Shown in pieces: positions 39,919 through 50,642 of a stretch of DNA of 64,000 nt (position 1 is the stretch's first letter; each line of letters begins with the position of its first letter). The position numbers and the translations under genes are program-made. Under the pieces are notes generated by a model that saw nothing but the letters and a program-made list of their open reading frames with translations, searched no databases and was not told where the DNA came from. The stretch comes from an uncultured virus (IMG/VR IMGVR_UViG_3300031722_000014) (Duplodnaviria > Heunggongvirae > Uroviricota > Caudoviricetes): IMG/VR virus record IMGVR_UViG_3300031722_000014; one strand, given 5' to 3'.

Positions 39919-42033
39919 TTATGCTGCTACTTCGCTCAGATATTGATCTGTCTTAGATACAGGTTTTTTAGTTTTCATTTTATATATTTCAGATACTGGA
40001 ACTCCTAAAGTTCTAGCCATCTGTTTTGCTAATGTCATTTTAACTTCTGGGTCTACAGCACTTGCAAATTGAGCCCATACATTACTATTAAGTAAGTCGC
40101 TGTTCTTTTGATTCTTCATCAGTTCATTAACCTGTCCATATTGACTAATCATTTCAGCATTCTTGGCCAAATAACCTCTAGCAGCTGCTCTGTTTCTAGA
40201 ATTCAAATCGTCTACTCGTTTAAGTTCGTTAGTATTGATTTCTGAGTTTCTATTTGCTACGTCTGCATATGTATTTCTATACCCAGCATTTGCTTTCTGT
40301 GCGGAATCAAGAATATTTGCAGTTTGTTCAGCACCTCTTGAGTATAAGTCAGCACCATAAGCCATTGAAGCTCCAGTACCAGTATTAGTTGCAGATTGAT
40401 TAAATCTCGATATTACTCTTTGTTTCTTAGCCTCTGCCAATGGAACTGAAATATCAGCTCTTTCTATTGGGTTTATAACTGAGTTAAATCTAGGTCTTAC
40501 TACTTCCGGAGTTGCATTAGCAGCATTAAATGCTATTGGAGCTAATGACATTAATCCATTTCCTATAGACGATAATTTGTCCATCAAAGAACCTCCATTG
40601 TCGACAACATCTTCCGTGTCAGCGCCAGCCGGAGCAGCAGATGATTTTGCTAAAATTGGGCCATTAACTACATTGTTCTTAATTGCATCAGTACTTTTGC
40701 CAACTAGTAGCGGATCCTTATATAGTTCAGACATTCTATTCTCTTTTGTATTTGAGATCGTCTTCTCTGGCGTAACTAATTTAACTGACGCAGGACCAAC
40801 AGTAGTGCCGGTTGCAGGGGTATTAGCAATATTGGTTGCAGCATTACCCATTACATTAGATGAATATCCGGGAACCATAGGAGCCTCTACTGATTTAGTA
40901 GCAGTCTCTGTAATCCCATTTACATTAGGAGCAGTTCTTTCGACCATCCCAGTAGGATTTCCCTTTGAATCAACAGTGACTCTTCCAAGCACATTATTTT
41001 TAAATCCAGTGTTATACTCTTGAGGAATACTATTTCTTAGTTCATCAGCATCAGCCTTAGGAATATATAGTTCTTGACCATTTTTATCCTTATAATACAA
41101 TGGATTTGCTTTATACATTCCACTTTTAGGATTCGTATTATAATACGTTTTTCCTCCGACTGTAAATGCGACCCCTTCATCGTATTTAGGCAATGAAGAT
41201 TGTCCTTGAGCTGCTCCTTTCATATACTGTTGAATCATAGTATTCATATTAAGTAATTCTGTTTGCTTATCTATGTTCTTTTTATTCAACTCTGCTGTTT
41301 TTTTATCTAACAGACCAGAAGGTCTTTTGCCAGATAGTATTTTATCATTATTGTTTTGCATTTTTTCTAATTTTGCAACTATATCCGCTGGAGTACTTTT
41401 TCCTCCAGGTATTTTGTATTTTGGATTAGCACTATATATAGATGATCCGTCTGGTAAATTTACCGGAACTGTGTCTGGATTGTTTGGATTGTACTTACCA
41501 GGAACAGTCATAACTCTTCCTGTATTTGGATCCTTAATCCCTTCTTCTTTTGCTACAAGAGCATTTGCTCCTTTAAAATTAGCAGATCCTTTATCCATTC
41601 CTGGAACTTGATAATTATTTGGATTACGCAAATCATATTTAGATTGCACGACATTGCTCATATCCATAATTCTAGCAGCATTGGTATTTATCTTTTCAGT
41701 TCTAATTCTATTCTGATTAGCCTGATCTCCAGTAACTGCCTCGTAAACTCCAGCTCCAGCGCCAATTACTCCACCGGCAACCGCTCCCCATGGACCTAGT
41801 GCTGCTCCCATGCCTGCAAATTTAGCGGCGTTTGAGCCTATCTTTCCAACGTATGATCCGGCAGAAGATTGATCTGGAGACAAATTATCTACAATATCAA
41901 ACACGCCTCCGGCTAAATTAGCTCCTCCAGCAAAGTTGGCTTGTGTTAGTCCATCTTTAGCAGTACTTGCAAAGTTCCATGTGCCATTTGCAAATTTAGG
42001 AAGCTGTTTATTTTTATTTCTTTTATTATTCAT
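39919..42033 (-). CDS. Putative virion cargo/ejection protein with glycine-zipper membrane segment
   Basis: GMGAALGPWGAVAGGVIGAGAG glycine zipper; LPKFANG and LPKYDEG repeats; follows the muzzle gene. Confidence 0.7.
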   Translation of the reverse strand: MNNKRNKNKQLPKFANGTWNFASTAKDGLTQANFAGGANLAGGVFDIVDNLSPDQSSAGSYVGKIGSNAAKFAGMGAALGPWGAVAGGVIGAGAGVYEAVTGDQANQNRIRTEKINTNAARIMDMSNVVQSKYDLRNPNNYQVPGMDKGSANFKGANALVAKEEGIKDPNTGRVMTVPGKYNPNNPDTVPVNLPDGSSIYSANPKYKIPGGKSTPADIVAKLEKMQNNNDKILSGKRPSGLLDKKTAELNKKNIDKQTELLNMNTMIQQYMKGAAQGQSSLPKYDEGVAFTVGGKTYYNTNPKSGMYKANPLYYKDKNGQELYIPKADADELRNSIPQEYNTGFKNNVLGRVTVDSKGNPTGMVERTAPNVNGITETATKSVEAPMVPGYSSNVMGNAATNIANTPATGTTVGPASVKLVTPEKTISNTKENRMSELYKDPLLVGKSTDAIKNNVVNGPILAKSSAAPAGADTEDVVDNGGSLMDKLSSIGNGLMSLAPIAFNAANATPEVVRPRFNSVINPIERADISVPLAEAKKQRVISRFNQSATNTGTGASMAYGADLYSRGAEQTANILDSAQKANAGYRNTYADVANRNSEINTNELKRVDDLNSRNRAAARGYLAKNAEMISQYGQVNELMKNQKNSDLLNSNVWAQFASAVDPEVKMTLAKQMARTLGVPVSEIYKMKTKKPVSKTDQYLSEVAA

Positions 42034-42569
42034 TATATTTTAGAATATCTATATATAGTTTTGATATATGGTATAGAGAAGTAATAATTACTGGCTATAT
42101 CCTTTCTTTTAAATTCGTAGTTACATATAATATACTTACCTCTCATTCTCTCCTGAAACATATTTCCAGTTCCAGACGCTCTTGGTATTGCAAATTTATA
42201 TGTGCCCTCTCTTGGGATTATTTCGTCTCCAGTTATAGTATAACTATTCTGCTTATCGTTACTATAACTAGCAAACGATAATTTAGCGGAATTGGTTGGA
42301 CCAGTTGTATATTCAACGTTGTCAAACACTTTTGTTTGAGAGTATCCTTCATTGACTATTAGCTTCATAAAGGATCTCTCATATACGCTATTTGGAGTTA
42401 AATTATTCTCGACAACGTAGCTATTGCTATTATGTAGGTAAATTTTATTATCAGCATCTACCGAGTAATACTTATCCTTAAACTTCAGATAAAATCTTGG
42501 AGTAGTTGATAAGAATGATAAAAATGATTGAGCCGATTCTGAGTAGTTTAATGTTTCCATATTATTCAT
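42033..42569 (-). CDS. C-terminal part of the muzzle/tail stabilisation protein, encoded separately
   Basis: KVFDNVEY, REGTYKFAIPR and RMRGKY resemble the C-terminus of crAss-like muzzle proteins; 8-nt overlap with the upstream ORF. Confidence 0.6.
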   Translation of the reverse strand: MNNMETLNYSESAQSFLSFLSTTPRFYLKFKDKYYSVDADNKIYLHNSNSYVVENNLTPNSVYERSFMKLIVNEGYSQTKVFDNVEYTTGPTNSAKLSFASYSNDKQNSYTITGDEIIPREGTYKFAIPRASGTGNMFQERMRGKYIICNYEFKRKDIASNYYFSIPYIKTIYRYSKI

Positions 42570-45500
42570 TAGTATTTATAAGACCATTAAGCGTCATAAG
42601 TATCTCTCCGTACTTATCATCATATACTGCAGGAATTCTATTCTGAGCATTCAAAGACGTTTTGCTCTTATTTAATATTGATTGTATTCCCTTCGCGGAT
42701 GATAATACCATTCTAGTAGTTAAAGATCCGGTAGAAGTAGGAGCGTATGTTGCTATTTGAGCTTTATTATGATCAAACCAGTATAGTCCGGTATCTGAGT
42801 CTATTATACCGCCAATTACTCCATATTTAAATCCGTTAGATGTTGATATATAGTCATATCTAGTCAATATACCGCTAGTACCTAATGTTAGTGAACTTAT
42901 ATTATTATCTGTAATTAAAGACCTCTCGTTTACTGATACCGTCCCAAATGCATTTTCTTGCCAGAAGAACAGCTTATCATTAAATTTCTTAAGTCCTGTT
43001 ATTTGTCCATACTGAGTGTCTACGTCTATATAATTGGCTATTTTAAATGTGGCCCACTTATCATATATTTCATCATTAGTTTTTACTTCCGATGAATATA
43101 TTCTGCAATCAAAATTCTTATTTGGCTCATTAATTAATAAGGAAGATACATACCCAATCCCAGTCTGCTCACTTGAATAAGCAGAATTATATGAATATTG
43201 TGGCAACTCTTGTGAGTACTTCCACGTATTACCTACCGAATTGCCAGGAGAATATACGCCAGGTTCTGGTCTAATAGCAAAATTATAATCACTAGCTACA
43301 TATGACTTGGAATTAACCAAATGCAAATTTATAGAAGATTCTAATGGGATTAGTGAATTAATATTCTTAACCTGGGAAACTATATTTAAGTTTATTTTAG
43401 CTAAATCGGTACTTCCCAACGTATCGACCATTGGATCTGTAGCATATGTCATTGTGTAATCGAACAATCCAATAAACGTATCTCCTCCAAATACATCAAT
43501 AGTTTCTGTTGAATTATTTAAATCTAATTCAAATCCAGTTGATATATACTCAGTAAACTGCCTATCTAATAAAGAGGATCCACCGTAGATATAAGCATTT
43601 AGCTCTTTTAAATTAACTACAAATGTAGATAGTGCCATCGCAGTTCTATTCTCTATATTTCTGTAACTACTAGCGTAATCTGTATCAACGTCATATATAC
43701 TTCTCCAATTGCGCATTCCGGTAATAGATGGAAGTGATTCCTCCATATTAAAATTAAGAATAAGTCCTGCTCCGTGAGGACCAAATGACTTCCCTTTTGA
43801 TATGGTCGACCTCTTACCATTTTTATTAGTGGATTGAACCCCATCGGTAACAGGCTGTGTAAAATTTAAATATTGGGAATTTCCAATACTAATATACTCT
43901 GACGCAGAAACGTCTTTTATATTTTTACTTCCGTCTAATAGGCCAGAATATTCAATAGAATTAATAGTAAATGTATATTTATTGTCATCTAGAAGGTCCT
44001 CTCCTATTTCGTTTATGTCTGCTCCGTCTATATCTTTATAGGTCAGATTATAGAAAGTTCCTACTTTGTATGCGTATTTATTGAAATACTTAAATGAAAT
44101 TCCTAAATAGTTATTTTCTAAAATAGTAGAATTTTTTACAGATGGATCATCATCGTCTTCGCCATTTATAGAACTACTTTCAAATCCATTTCTATAATAA
44201 TAATATTCATCAGCTCCATCCGGATATATTCTAGTTACATTTGATCCTAGCGATACGATTGGATTATTATAAGAAGAATCAATGTCTTCGTCGCTCAAGA
44301 CCTGTAAATGTTCAATTCCAGCAAGTCCCATTAAAAATAATTTACTAGTAACTCTTTCGGATAGATTACTGGCTCTATTTTTTCTAGTAATGTCTGCGGC
44401 TAGATATATAGCCGTTGGGTATTGTTTTGAATCCTGTATAAACGATAATTGATCATGTTCATTTTTGCCAAAATATACAGACCAATCGCTCAAAAGGGGT
44501 GGAGTTTGTATTGGATATATTATATCAACTATATCTGCTATTTTAATACTTGATAAATTGATTAACTGCTCTGAAAAGTCTACACCATAATAAGAAGTTT
44601 CTGGATTTATAAACATAAAGTTGTTGTAGGAAATTATTTTTGGATCAGAATTTGCCGTATCATTAAATAGTTGCTGTTCATAATATAAGTTACCAGTAGA
44701 ACCGTAATTTTCAAATCCAGTTATCATATTAGAAGAAGAAACAGCCGCATTAGGGATCCATTCCTCCGATGACATTACCGGAGCAACTCCAAATCTTCCC
44801 ATAGATATCAATTGCATTGGTCTTAATGTACCATCTATCCCAAGATCTAGTATAGGTTTCCCACTATTACTATCTATATGTTTTTCGTTATATATTCCGA
44901 TTTTTTTAGTAACTCCCTGAGCGTATATAGTTTTATTGTTTATATCTCTTTTGGCTCTGACTATTTCAATTCTTTTTACATTAGGAATTACGTTCAGATT
45001 CCTAAAAGTAAATGATATTCCAAGAGGCTTTACTAAAAGCTCTTGCTTATTTAGTAGATTATTCGAATCATATCCATTACTTCTATATTCGGATGGCATT
45101 TCAAATATACTTGACTCCCATGAGCTATCCTTATAATAGCCAGCAGGAAATCTTACGTCGGCAATCCAATGAGCAGGGGATTTTCTACCTTTTTCATCAT
45201 AGAATACTGCAGCAAATCTATATATCTCATCTCTTTGATAAGATTTAAGTACATTTGCCAGATATGGATTTGCATAATTTAATGGACCTTGATGATTTGA
45301 TATTCCAAAATTAGACAAATTGCTATCTGGATGACTTCCATCCGATTTAAATAGCCTGATAGAACTTAAATCTCTTTTAATATCCCCGATTCTAGCAGTT
45401 CGTTCATCTATATACTTATTTGCACCTGGAGTCGGTATAGACGTTCCTGGATTTGAACCCCAAAAATCTCCATATGATTCTATAAAATAAGTATTTGTAA

Positions 45501-47244
45501 ATAAATAATCTACATTTAATCCAGTTCCGCCAAGTTTTCCATCCTTATTGTATATATATTCTAATTCAGAGTATCTATCTTTTTTATATATCTCATCGTG
45601 AATGGCATCATGGCTAGGCAAAACTGCAGATAAAGAGTCCGCATCATATTCAATTGAGTCTAAATTAGATCTATATAGTTTTGTAGTGTAGTTGTAATCA
45701 TATACGGTTTCCTCAAATAACATTGGAAGAGATAGAGTTGTTGGATTAAGAACCCCATCTGTAGTTTTCTGATATATACCAGTAACATTACTCCAAGTAC
45801 CATAAACCTCATCATATACTCCATCATGGGAAATAGAACATGTTATGTCTACAATTGGCATTCCAGATAAATATTCATTTCTATACTCCATTCTCAAGAA
45901 ATCACTTCTAACGTCTCCTGCAGGTATAAACAATGTAGATGTAGTAATAGAATGAGTAATAGCTGCATGGCGAACCGTAATCAGCATGTCTTGGTTTGCT
46001 GCAGCATCTACATATACATACATAAAGTAATCTTCCCAATTTACTTGTATTGGGTATAGATTAGTTATTGGAGTATATCTAACAACGTTTATTATAGATC
46101 CAGTCTCATTTCTTTTAAACTGATAACTTCTAGTATCATAAGTATCTATATCCCAAGTATCTTCTTTTGTATTTGCAGCAAATAGGATATTATCTTTAGA
46201 CTCTATATAATTAGGTATAAATAAATTACCTCCAATTAAATTAAATTCATTCTGTGTTAGCTCTCCAATCGCAGACACACCGCCATCTTCCATAAAAACG
46301 GAATTCCCAATTATATCTTTATCTATTTTAGACTCTTTAACTATAGATATTATAGGCTGTTTCCCATAGTCAAAATAATATACTGATATTAATTTTATTC
46401 TAGTAAATAAATTTTCAGAAGGAAGATCTATTTTAACTCTTACGGACTTGCTAGTAGGCTTTCCATACACATCGCCAAGTCCAGTCCCTAGGTATTTAAT
46501 ACTTTTATCTTCAATATCACTTGCGGAAAGGTTAATCGGAGCTGAACCTGGACTCAGCATGGTCTCAGTCCCAGATGGACCATATAACTGATAGAAATAC
46601 TGTATTATTCCAGAATTAAGTTTACCAGATCCGAGTGATGCAATCGTAGGTTTCTCTAGAAATGCAGAAGGGATTATGTCGAATATAGAAGAATTAGTGA
46701 CTATAGAGTTTTTTCCATCATTAGAACTTGCTATATTTATGCTTCTAATAAAGATCTTTCCATCTGCCCAGTATACCTTAATATTATCGTCATCTTCGTA
46801 TCTTGATACTATACTTATTGGAGTATTTAAATCTATATTCATAGATATTCCATTTATACCAATAAGACTATATAGAATTGGAGTTATTCCATCTGGTTTA
46901 AACTCTATCCTATATATCTTGGTATTTCCACTAGATATTACATTAGTAAATAAAACACCAAAGTCTCTAATAGTAGCGGAGGCAATTACCTCTTCCCCGG
47001 TTAGAGAACTATCCACTATTGTACTATATAGTTTAGTAGTAGGATTATATGTCTTTACGTCAAATTTTAAATTATATATATCTTCTACCGGAGATAGAGC
47101 TCCAACAGATCCAATATCATCTGAAGATATATGTACGTTCTCGGCGTATCGATATTGACTAGACTTAAGTAAGCTCAAATCTAAATCCATATCCATACCG
47201 CCGGCAAAACTATTAATAGTCTCTTTTCCTATTGTGCTAGCCAT
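42562..47244 (-). CDS. Muzzle / tail stabilisation protein (P22 gp10-like, beta-propeller)
   Basis: NSFAGGMDMD...QYRYAEN, YQRDEIYRFAAVFYD, FGGDTFIG, YIDVDTQYGQIT, VNERSLI; position after a ring protein gene. Confidence 0.85.
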   Translation of the reverse strand: MASTIGKETINSFAGGMDMDLDLSLLKSSQYRYAENVHISSDDIGSVGALSPVEDIYNLKFDVKTYNPTTKLYSTIVDSSLTGEEVIASATIRDFGVLFTNVISSGNTKIYRIEFKPDGITPILYSLIGINGISMNIDLNTPISIVSRYEDDDNIKVYWADGKIFIRSINIASSNDGKNSIVTNSSIFDIIPSAFLEKPTIASLGSGKLNSGIIQYFYQLYGPSGTETMLSPGSAPINLSASDIEDKSIKYLGTGLGDVYGKPTSKSVRVKIDLPSENLFTRIKLISVYYFDYGKQPIISIVKESKIDKDIIGNSVFMEDGGVSAIGELTQNEFNLIGGNLFIPNYIESKDNILFAANTKEDTWDIDTYDTRSYQFKRNETGSIINVVRYTPITNLYPIQVNWEDYFMYVYVDAAANQDMLITVRHAAITHSITTSTLFIPAGDVRSDFLRMEYRNEYLSGMPIVDITCSISHDGVYDEVYGTWSNVTGIYQKTTDGVLNPTTLSLPMLFEETVYDYNYTTKLYRSNLDSIEYDADSLSAVLPSHDAIHDEIYKKDRYSELEYIYNKDGKLGGTGLNVDYLFTNTYFIESYGDFWGSNPGTSIPTPGANKYIDERTARIGDIKRDLSSIRLFKSDGSHPDSNLSNFGISNHQGPLNYANPYLANVLKSYQRDEIYRFAAVFYDEKGRKSPAHWIADVRFPAGYYKDSSWESSIFEMPSEYRSNGYDSNNLLNKQELLVKPLGISFTFRNLNVIPNVKRIEIVRAKRDINNKTIYAQGVTKKIGIYNEKHIDSNSGKPILDLGIDGTLRPMQLISMGRFGVAPVMSSEEWIPNAAVSSSNMITGFENYGSTGNLYYEQQLFNDTANSDPKIISYNNFMFINPETSYYGVDFSEQLINLSSIKIADIVDIIYPIQTPPLLSDWSVYFGKNEHDQLSFIQDSKQYPTAIYLAADITRKNRASNLSERVTSKLFLMGLAGIEHLQVLSDEDIDSSYNNPIVSLGSNVTRIYPDGADEYYYYRNGFESSSINGEDDDDPSVKNSTILENNYLGISFKYFNKYAYKVGTFYNLTYKDIDGADINEIGEDLLDDNKYTFTINSIEYSGLLDGSKNIKDVSASEYISIGNSQYLNFTQPVTDGVQSTNKNGKRSTISKGKSFGPHGAGLILNFNMEESLPSITGMRNWRSIYDVDTDYASSYRNIENRTAMALSTFVVNLKELNAYIYGGSSLLDRQFTEYISTGFELDLNNSTETIDVFGGDTFIGLFDYTMTYATDPMVDTLGSTDLAKINLNIVSQVKNINSLIPLESSINLHLVNSKSYVASDYNFAIRPEPGVYSPGNSVGNTWKYSQELPQYSYNSAYSSEQTGIGYVSSLLINEPNKNFDCRIYSSEVKTNDEIYDKWATFKIANYIDVDTQYGQITGLKKFNDKLFFWQENAFGTVSVNERSLITDNNISSLTLGTSGILTRYDYISTSNGFKYGVIGGIIDSDTGLYWFDHNKAQIATYAPTSTGSLTTRMVLSSAKGIQSILNKSKTSLNAQNRIPAVYDDKYGEILMTLNGLINTNE

Positions 47245-48176
47245 TATCTATTAAAGTTTTTTATGTTTTGTCTTTTGCCTACAGACGAGTAAAAATCAAT
47301 GTTCGAATTCATTTCTGGCATCAGTTTATTCCATTCGTCTTTTATATTCTCCATCTCATCTTGATTTGGCATCAATGATTCTCCGTACGCCTGTTTACAA
47401 TAGAAGTTCCAGGAATTTCTTATATCGTAATATATCTGTCTTTGCATTTTCCCTGACAAATACTCTGGATATTTTAGTTTCATTACTATGTACCAATAGA
47501 TAGCTTCTATATATGAAATCATATCTGGCACCATTGGGTATCCATCAGTATCTAATGGAATTGCATCATAACTTAATCTTACATATCCCATTCTAGGAGA
47601 AGTAGATATAAATCCAGGCTTAATAGAATACTGCATTAAATATCCCTCAGTACCATGGTTATGCTTATTTACTAGATTAGTAAGTAAGGTTCTTACGTTC
47701 TGATTGGTATTCAGGATCTCCAATGCTGTCTGATAATCCATTTTATTGAACCACGTATAGATTGGATCTTCTACGTATTTATTGTATAGGATTTTGGTCA
47801 TCTCTATCAATTCTGCGTCTGGAACTATTCTTCCATTATCATCATAGACTATAGAGCCGTCATCAGACCAACAATCAAATGATCCAGTAGCCAATTTCAT
47901 TGGAAACCATGGTCCATTAATTGTAGCTGAATATGACACGCTGTTCAATCTAAATAGATCGCTAGGCAACGACACTTGATGTCCCTTTATTTGCAATAGA
48001 TCGGATCCGTCTTCTCCAGATATTTTTCTAGTAAGTTGTCTTACTGAGCCTATCTTTTCCAGCGCTTCTCCAACCCATTCAATAAAGTCTGAATTTCTTT
48101 GTGCTTCTTCTCCTAGATCTAAGTCGGAATAGACTTTTGCAACTATCTGTTTTGCTGATATTAACTTGTATACCAT
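47244..48176 (-). CDS. Tail ring / tail tubular protein
   Basis: IVAKVYSDLDL, EWVGEALEKIG, DGYPMVPD, WNFYCKQAY; synteny. Confidence 0.75.
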   Translation of the reverse strand: MVYKLISAKQIVAKVYSDLDLGEEAQRNSDFIEWVGEALEKIGSVRQLTRKISGEDGSDLLQIKGHQVSLPSDLFRLNSVSYSATINGPWFPMKLATGSFDCWSDDGSIVYDDNGRIVPDAELIEMTKILYNKYVEDPIYTWFNKMDYQTALEILNTNQNVRTLLTNLVNKHNHGTEGYLMQYSIKPGFISTSPRMGYVRLSYDAIPLDTDGYPMVPDMISYIEAIYWYIVMKLKYPEYLSGKMQRQIYYDIRNSWNFYCKQAYGESLMPNQDEMENIKDEWNKLMPEMNSNIDFYSSVGKRQNIKNFNR

Positions 48177-48177
48177 G

Positions 48178-48648
48178 TTATTTTTCTATATAATCTTTTT
48201 TATTTTCTTTTATTAGCGAAGCCAAATATCTCTTATTCCTTCTAGTGAACACCATCTCATATGCCTTGTAAAAACCAACTAACATGTTTGTCTTGTCCCA
48301 ATGGAATCTATAAGAATATCCATTACTATGTTCATTAAAATGAAGTATAGTCTTATCGCTCTCTTTGGTAGCCTTAAAGTCTACATGGAGTCTAGATCGC
48401 TCATACTTGATGGGCTTTCTCTTTTCTATATAAACTAATCCCATTCTACCGGGTATTCTTACTTCTTTTGAATTGTCAATAATCTCTTCTGATAAGAACT
48501 TAAAGTAGTCTACCAATATTGATCTAAATACAGAGTACTTGACAGTATATAATTTAGAACTTGCAATATTAGTTAAATAAGACTCGTAATAATCTATTAT
48601 CGTATATGATTTTTTATCCTTTAGAGACTGACGCATTTTCTGTATCAT
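48178..48648 (-). CDS. IHF/HU-like conserved crAss protein
   Basis: IPGRMG...HFNEHSNGYSYRFHW...R.NKR.LA; synteny between ring genes. Confidence 0.65.
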   Translation of the reverse strand: MIQKMRQSLKDKKSYTIIDYYESYLTNIASSKLYTVKYSVFRSILVDYFKFLSEEIIDNSKEVRIPGRMGLVYIEKRKPIKYERSRLHVDFKATKESDKTILHFNEHSNGYSYRFHWDKTNMLVGFYKAYEMVFTRRNKRYLASLIKENKKDYIEK

Positions 48649-49297
48649 TTTTAGAGTTATTAGAATTATCTACCGGTATTGAGAATTTAAATTCTTTTGC
48701 GAATATAAGTTCTTTCAATAATGGTATCATATTCTCCGGAATTGGATAATTCTCATCTCCAGTTGCATTTGGAATAGCTTCTAGCGGATTTACAAACACT
48801 CCTTTTACGTTTATGTATTCTAATTCCCCGGGACCGTCTAATTTTATTCTATCTTCGGATTGGTACGCAACATAATCATTATGAACGTATCTCCTGTTCT
48901 TTTGTTTATTACTTCTAGCCTCTGTAGTTATTTGGATATCATTTCCTAATAAATCAGTAACTGAAGTCAATCCAAATACAGAATTAAAATCTAATGTCTT
49001 TGGTATAGTTATAGACGTAACTAATTTATATGCATCTGGTCCTTTATAGCTAGAATTAGCAAATACAGAAGGGGATACTATACTAGACTGAATAAGTTTT
49101 ATATTCTTAATTTCTTGAATATAGTCCTGATTAAGCCCTCTACCTTTGTCAATATCCTGCTTAATTAAGAATGCTCTATATTGGATAATCCACTGCTCAA
49201 TTTGTTTTCTGTTTAGAGATTCAGACTCCGATATATTATTAGACCTAGCCTCGTTAAGGATGTCGTCTATAATAGAATTTAATGTATTAAATATCAT
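48614..49297 (-). CDS. Tail ring protein
   Basis: TLNSIIDDIL...QIEQWIIQYRAFLIKQ...GVFVNP...YPIP..MIP. Confidence 0.7.
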   Translation of the reverse strand: MIFNTLNSIIDDILNEARSNNISESESLNRKQIEQWIIQYRAFLIKQDIDKGRGLNQDYIQEIKNIKLIQSSIVSPSVFANSSYKGPDAYKLVTSITIPKTLDFNSVFGLTSVTDLLGNDIQITTEARSNKQKNRRYVHNDYVAYQSEDRIKLDGPGELEYINVKGVFVNPLEAIPNATGDENYPIPENMIPLLKELIFAKEFKFSIPVDNSNNSKNDTENASVSKG

Positions 49298-49300
49298 TTT

Positions 49301-49993
49301 TTATTTTATTAGTGGTTTAACCAAATAGATTATTCCTGCCACACTTACAACGCCCCCACCAAAATAGAACCATTTTTCATTGCGCTTCCACCATGTTTGT
49401 GTGCCTTGTAATTCTTTTACTAGTTTCTTAGAAGTTTCGTCACATGTGTTATACATATCACGAACTCTAATGATTTCTTTTGACTTTAAATCAATAACTA
49501 CAGAATCTCCTTTAATAATAGAGTCCTGCTTGTTTATTATTGACGACTTATCTACAAGGTTTAAGTCTTGCTTAGCTATTAGAACTTTCTGTACTTCTAC
49601 TATCCTTTCGCATGCCGGTAAGGTATGCTGGGTAGAGTCTCCAGATTCAAATTTGCCTAATAAAGAATCAACATCATGTTTAATGTCAACTATCATCCTA
49701 TCTCTATTAGAGATTACTTTTTTCAGGACTGCTATCTCTGATTTTCTTTCAGTATTAACACTGTCTATTGCATGAATAATTTTTTTAGCATCTGCAGTTT
49801 TAACTGAGTCTACTAAAAATTTCTCACGTTTAATTTTCTCTGACTGCTGTATTAAGTTGTCTACTCTATTGCGAGTGCATTTATCAGCAGAACCAAAAAT
49901 TATAAACGTAGTCAATACCGATATTAGCAAAATACTAATGTAATTTGTTTTTATAAAATTTATTATTTTCATATTATTATAATTCAGAAACAT
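49301..49993 (-). CDS. Membrane-anchored coiled-coil protein (spanin-like candidate)
   Basis: N-terminal TM (ISILLISVLTTFIIFG), long coiled coil, C-terminal TM (WFYFGGGVVSVAGIIYLV). Confidence 0.55.
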   Translation of the reverse strand: MFLNYNNMKIINFIKTNYISILLISVLTTFIIFGSADKCTRNRVDNLIQQSEKIKREKFLVDSVKTADAKKIIHAIDSVNTERKSEIAVLKKVISNRDRMIVDIKHDVDSLLGKFESGDSTQHTLPACERIVEVQKVLIAKQDLNLVDKSSIINKQDSIIKGDSVVIDLKSKEIIRVRDMYNTCDETSKKLVKELQGTQTWWKRNEKWFYFGGGVVSVAGIIYLVKPLIK

Positions 49994-50642
49994 CTAATGC
50001 TCTATTATAAAATTTTACTTTTTGACCATACATATTATTACTTCCGCCATTCCCAAATATAATTGGATTAGCTGCAATTTCAGATATTGCGCCTAATGAT
50101 GATATTGATGCAGAAGCTGTTAATATATTTCCAGCATATACTTTAAAAGTGTTATCAGCCCTATTAATTATAATAGTAAACCATATATATACATTTGAAT
50201 AATTCCCAGCGGAAGCTATGCTTAGTAAAGAAGATACAGACGAATCATCTGTTAACTTACATGACATCCTGGTTGCCGTACTTGTATACAGTCCAATTCC
50301 CATGCCAGTTCCACCGTAACCTATAGTAGACTTAAATATTTGTTGATAATTATTCGAAATGGTACAGTTAACATAAAACCTATAAGTATAACTTCCTGTT
50401 CTTGGATAGAACTGTGGACTACTAATAGGTAGCGTTATATATTTGGCTATTGCATTAAAATAAAAGTCTTTCGTTGTGGAATTGAATACTGGAGATCCTA
50501 TTATGGTTGCATTATTACCTTTACCACTTAAATCATACCAAATAGTTCCAGTTCCAGGATATGAAGAAATGTTTGTTGCATCTAAACTTAGGACTAATCC
50601 TAATTCTCCTGATTTAAAATTACTTGCTATTGCTCCTATCAT
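49977..50642 (-). CDS. LamG / concanavalin A-like lectin domain protein
   Basis: GLVLSLDA...YPGTGTIWYDLSGKGNNAT...FYNRAL..SE. Confidence 0.75.
   Translation of the reverse strand: MIGAIASNFKSGELGLVLSLDATNISSYPGTGTIWYDLSGKGNNATIIGSPVFNSTTKDFYFNAIAKYITLPISSPQFYPRTGSYTYRFYVNCTISNNYQQIFKSTIGYGGTGMGIGLYTSTATRMSCKLTDDSSVSSLLSIASAGNYSNVYIWFTIIINRADNTFKVYAGNILTASASISSLGAISEIAANPIIFGNGGSNNMYGQKVKFYNRALDVSEL

Noticed and set aside
48290..48420. Possible sixth copy of the phased DNA motif that would fill the 37.6-56.1 kb gap
   Set aside because: Only weak resemblance (GCCTTAAAG, TAAGA at a non-matching offset); cannot be supported without a profile search.
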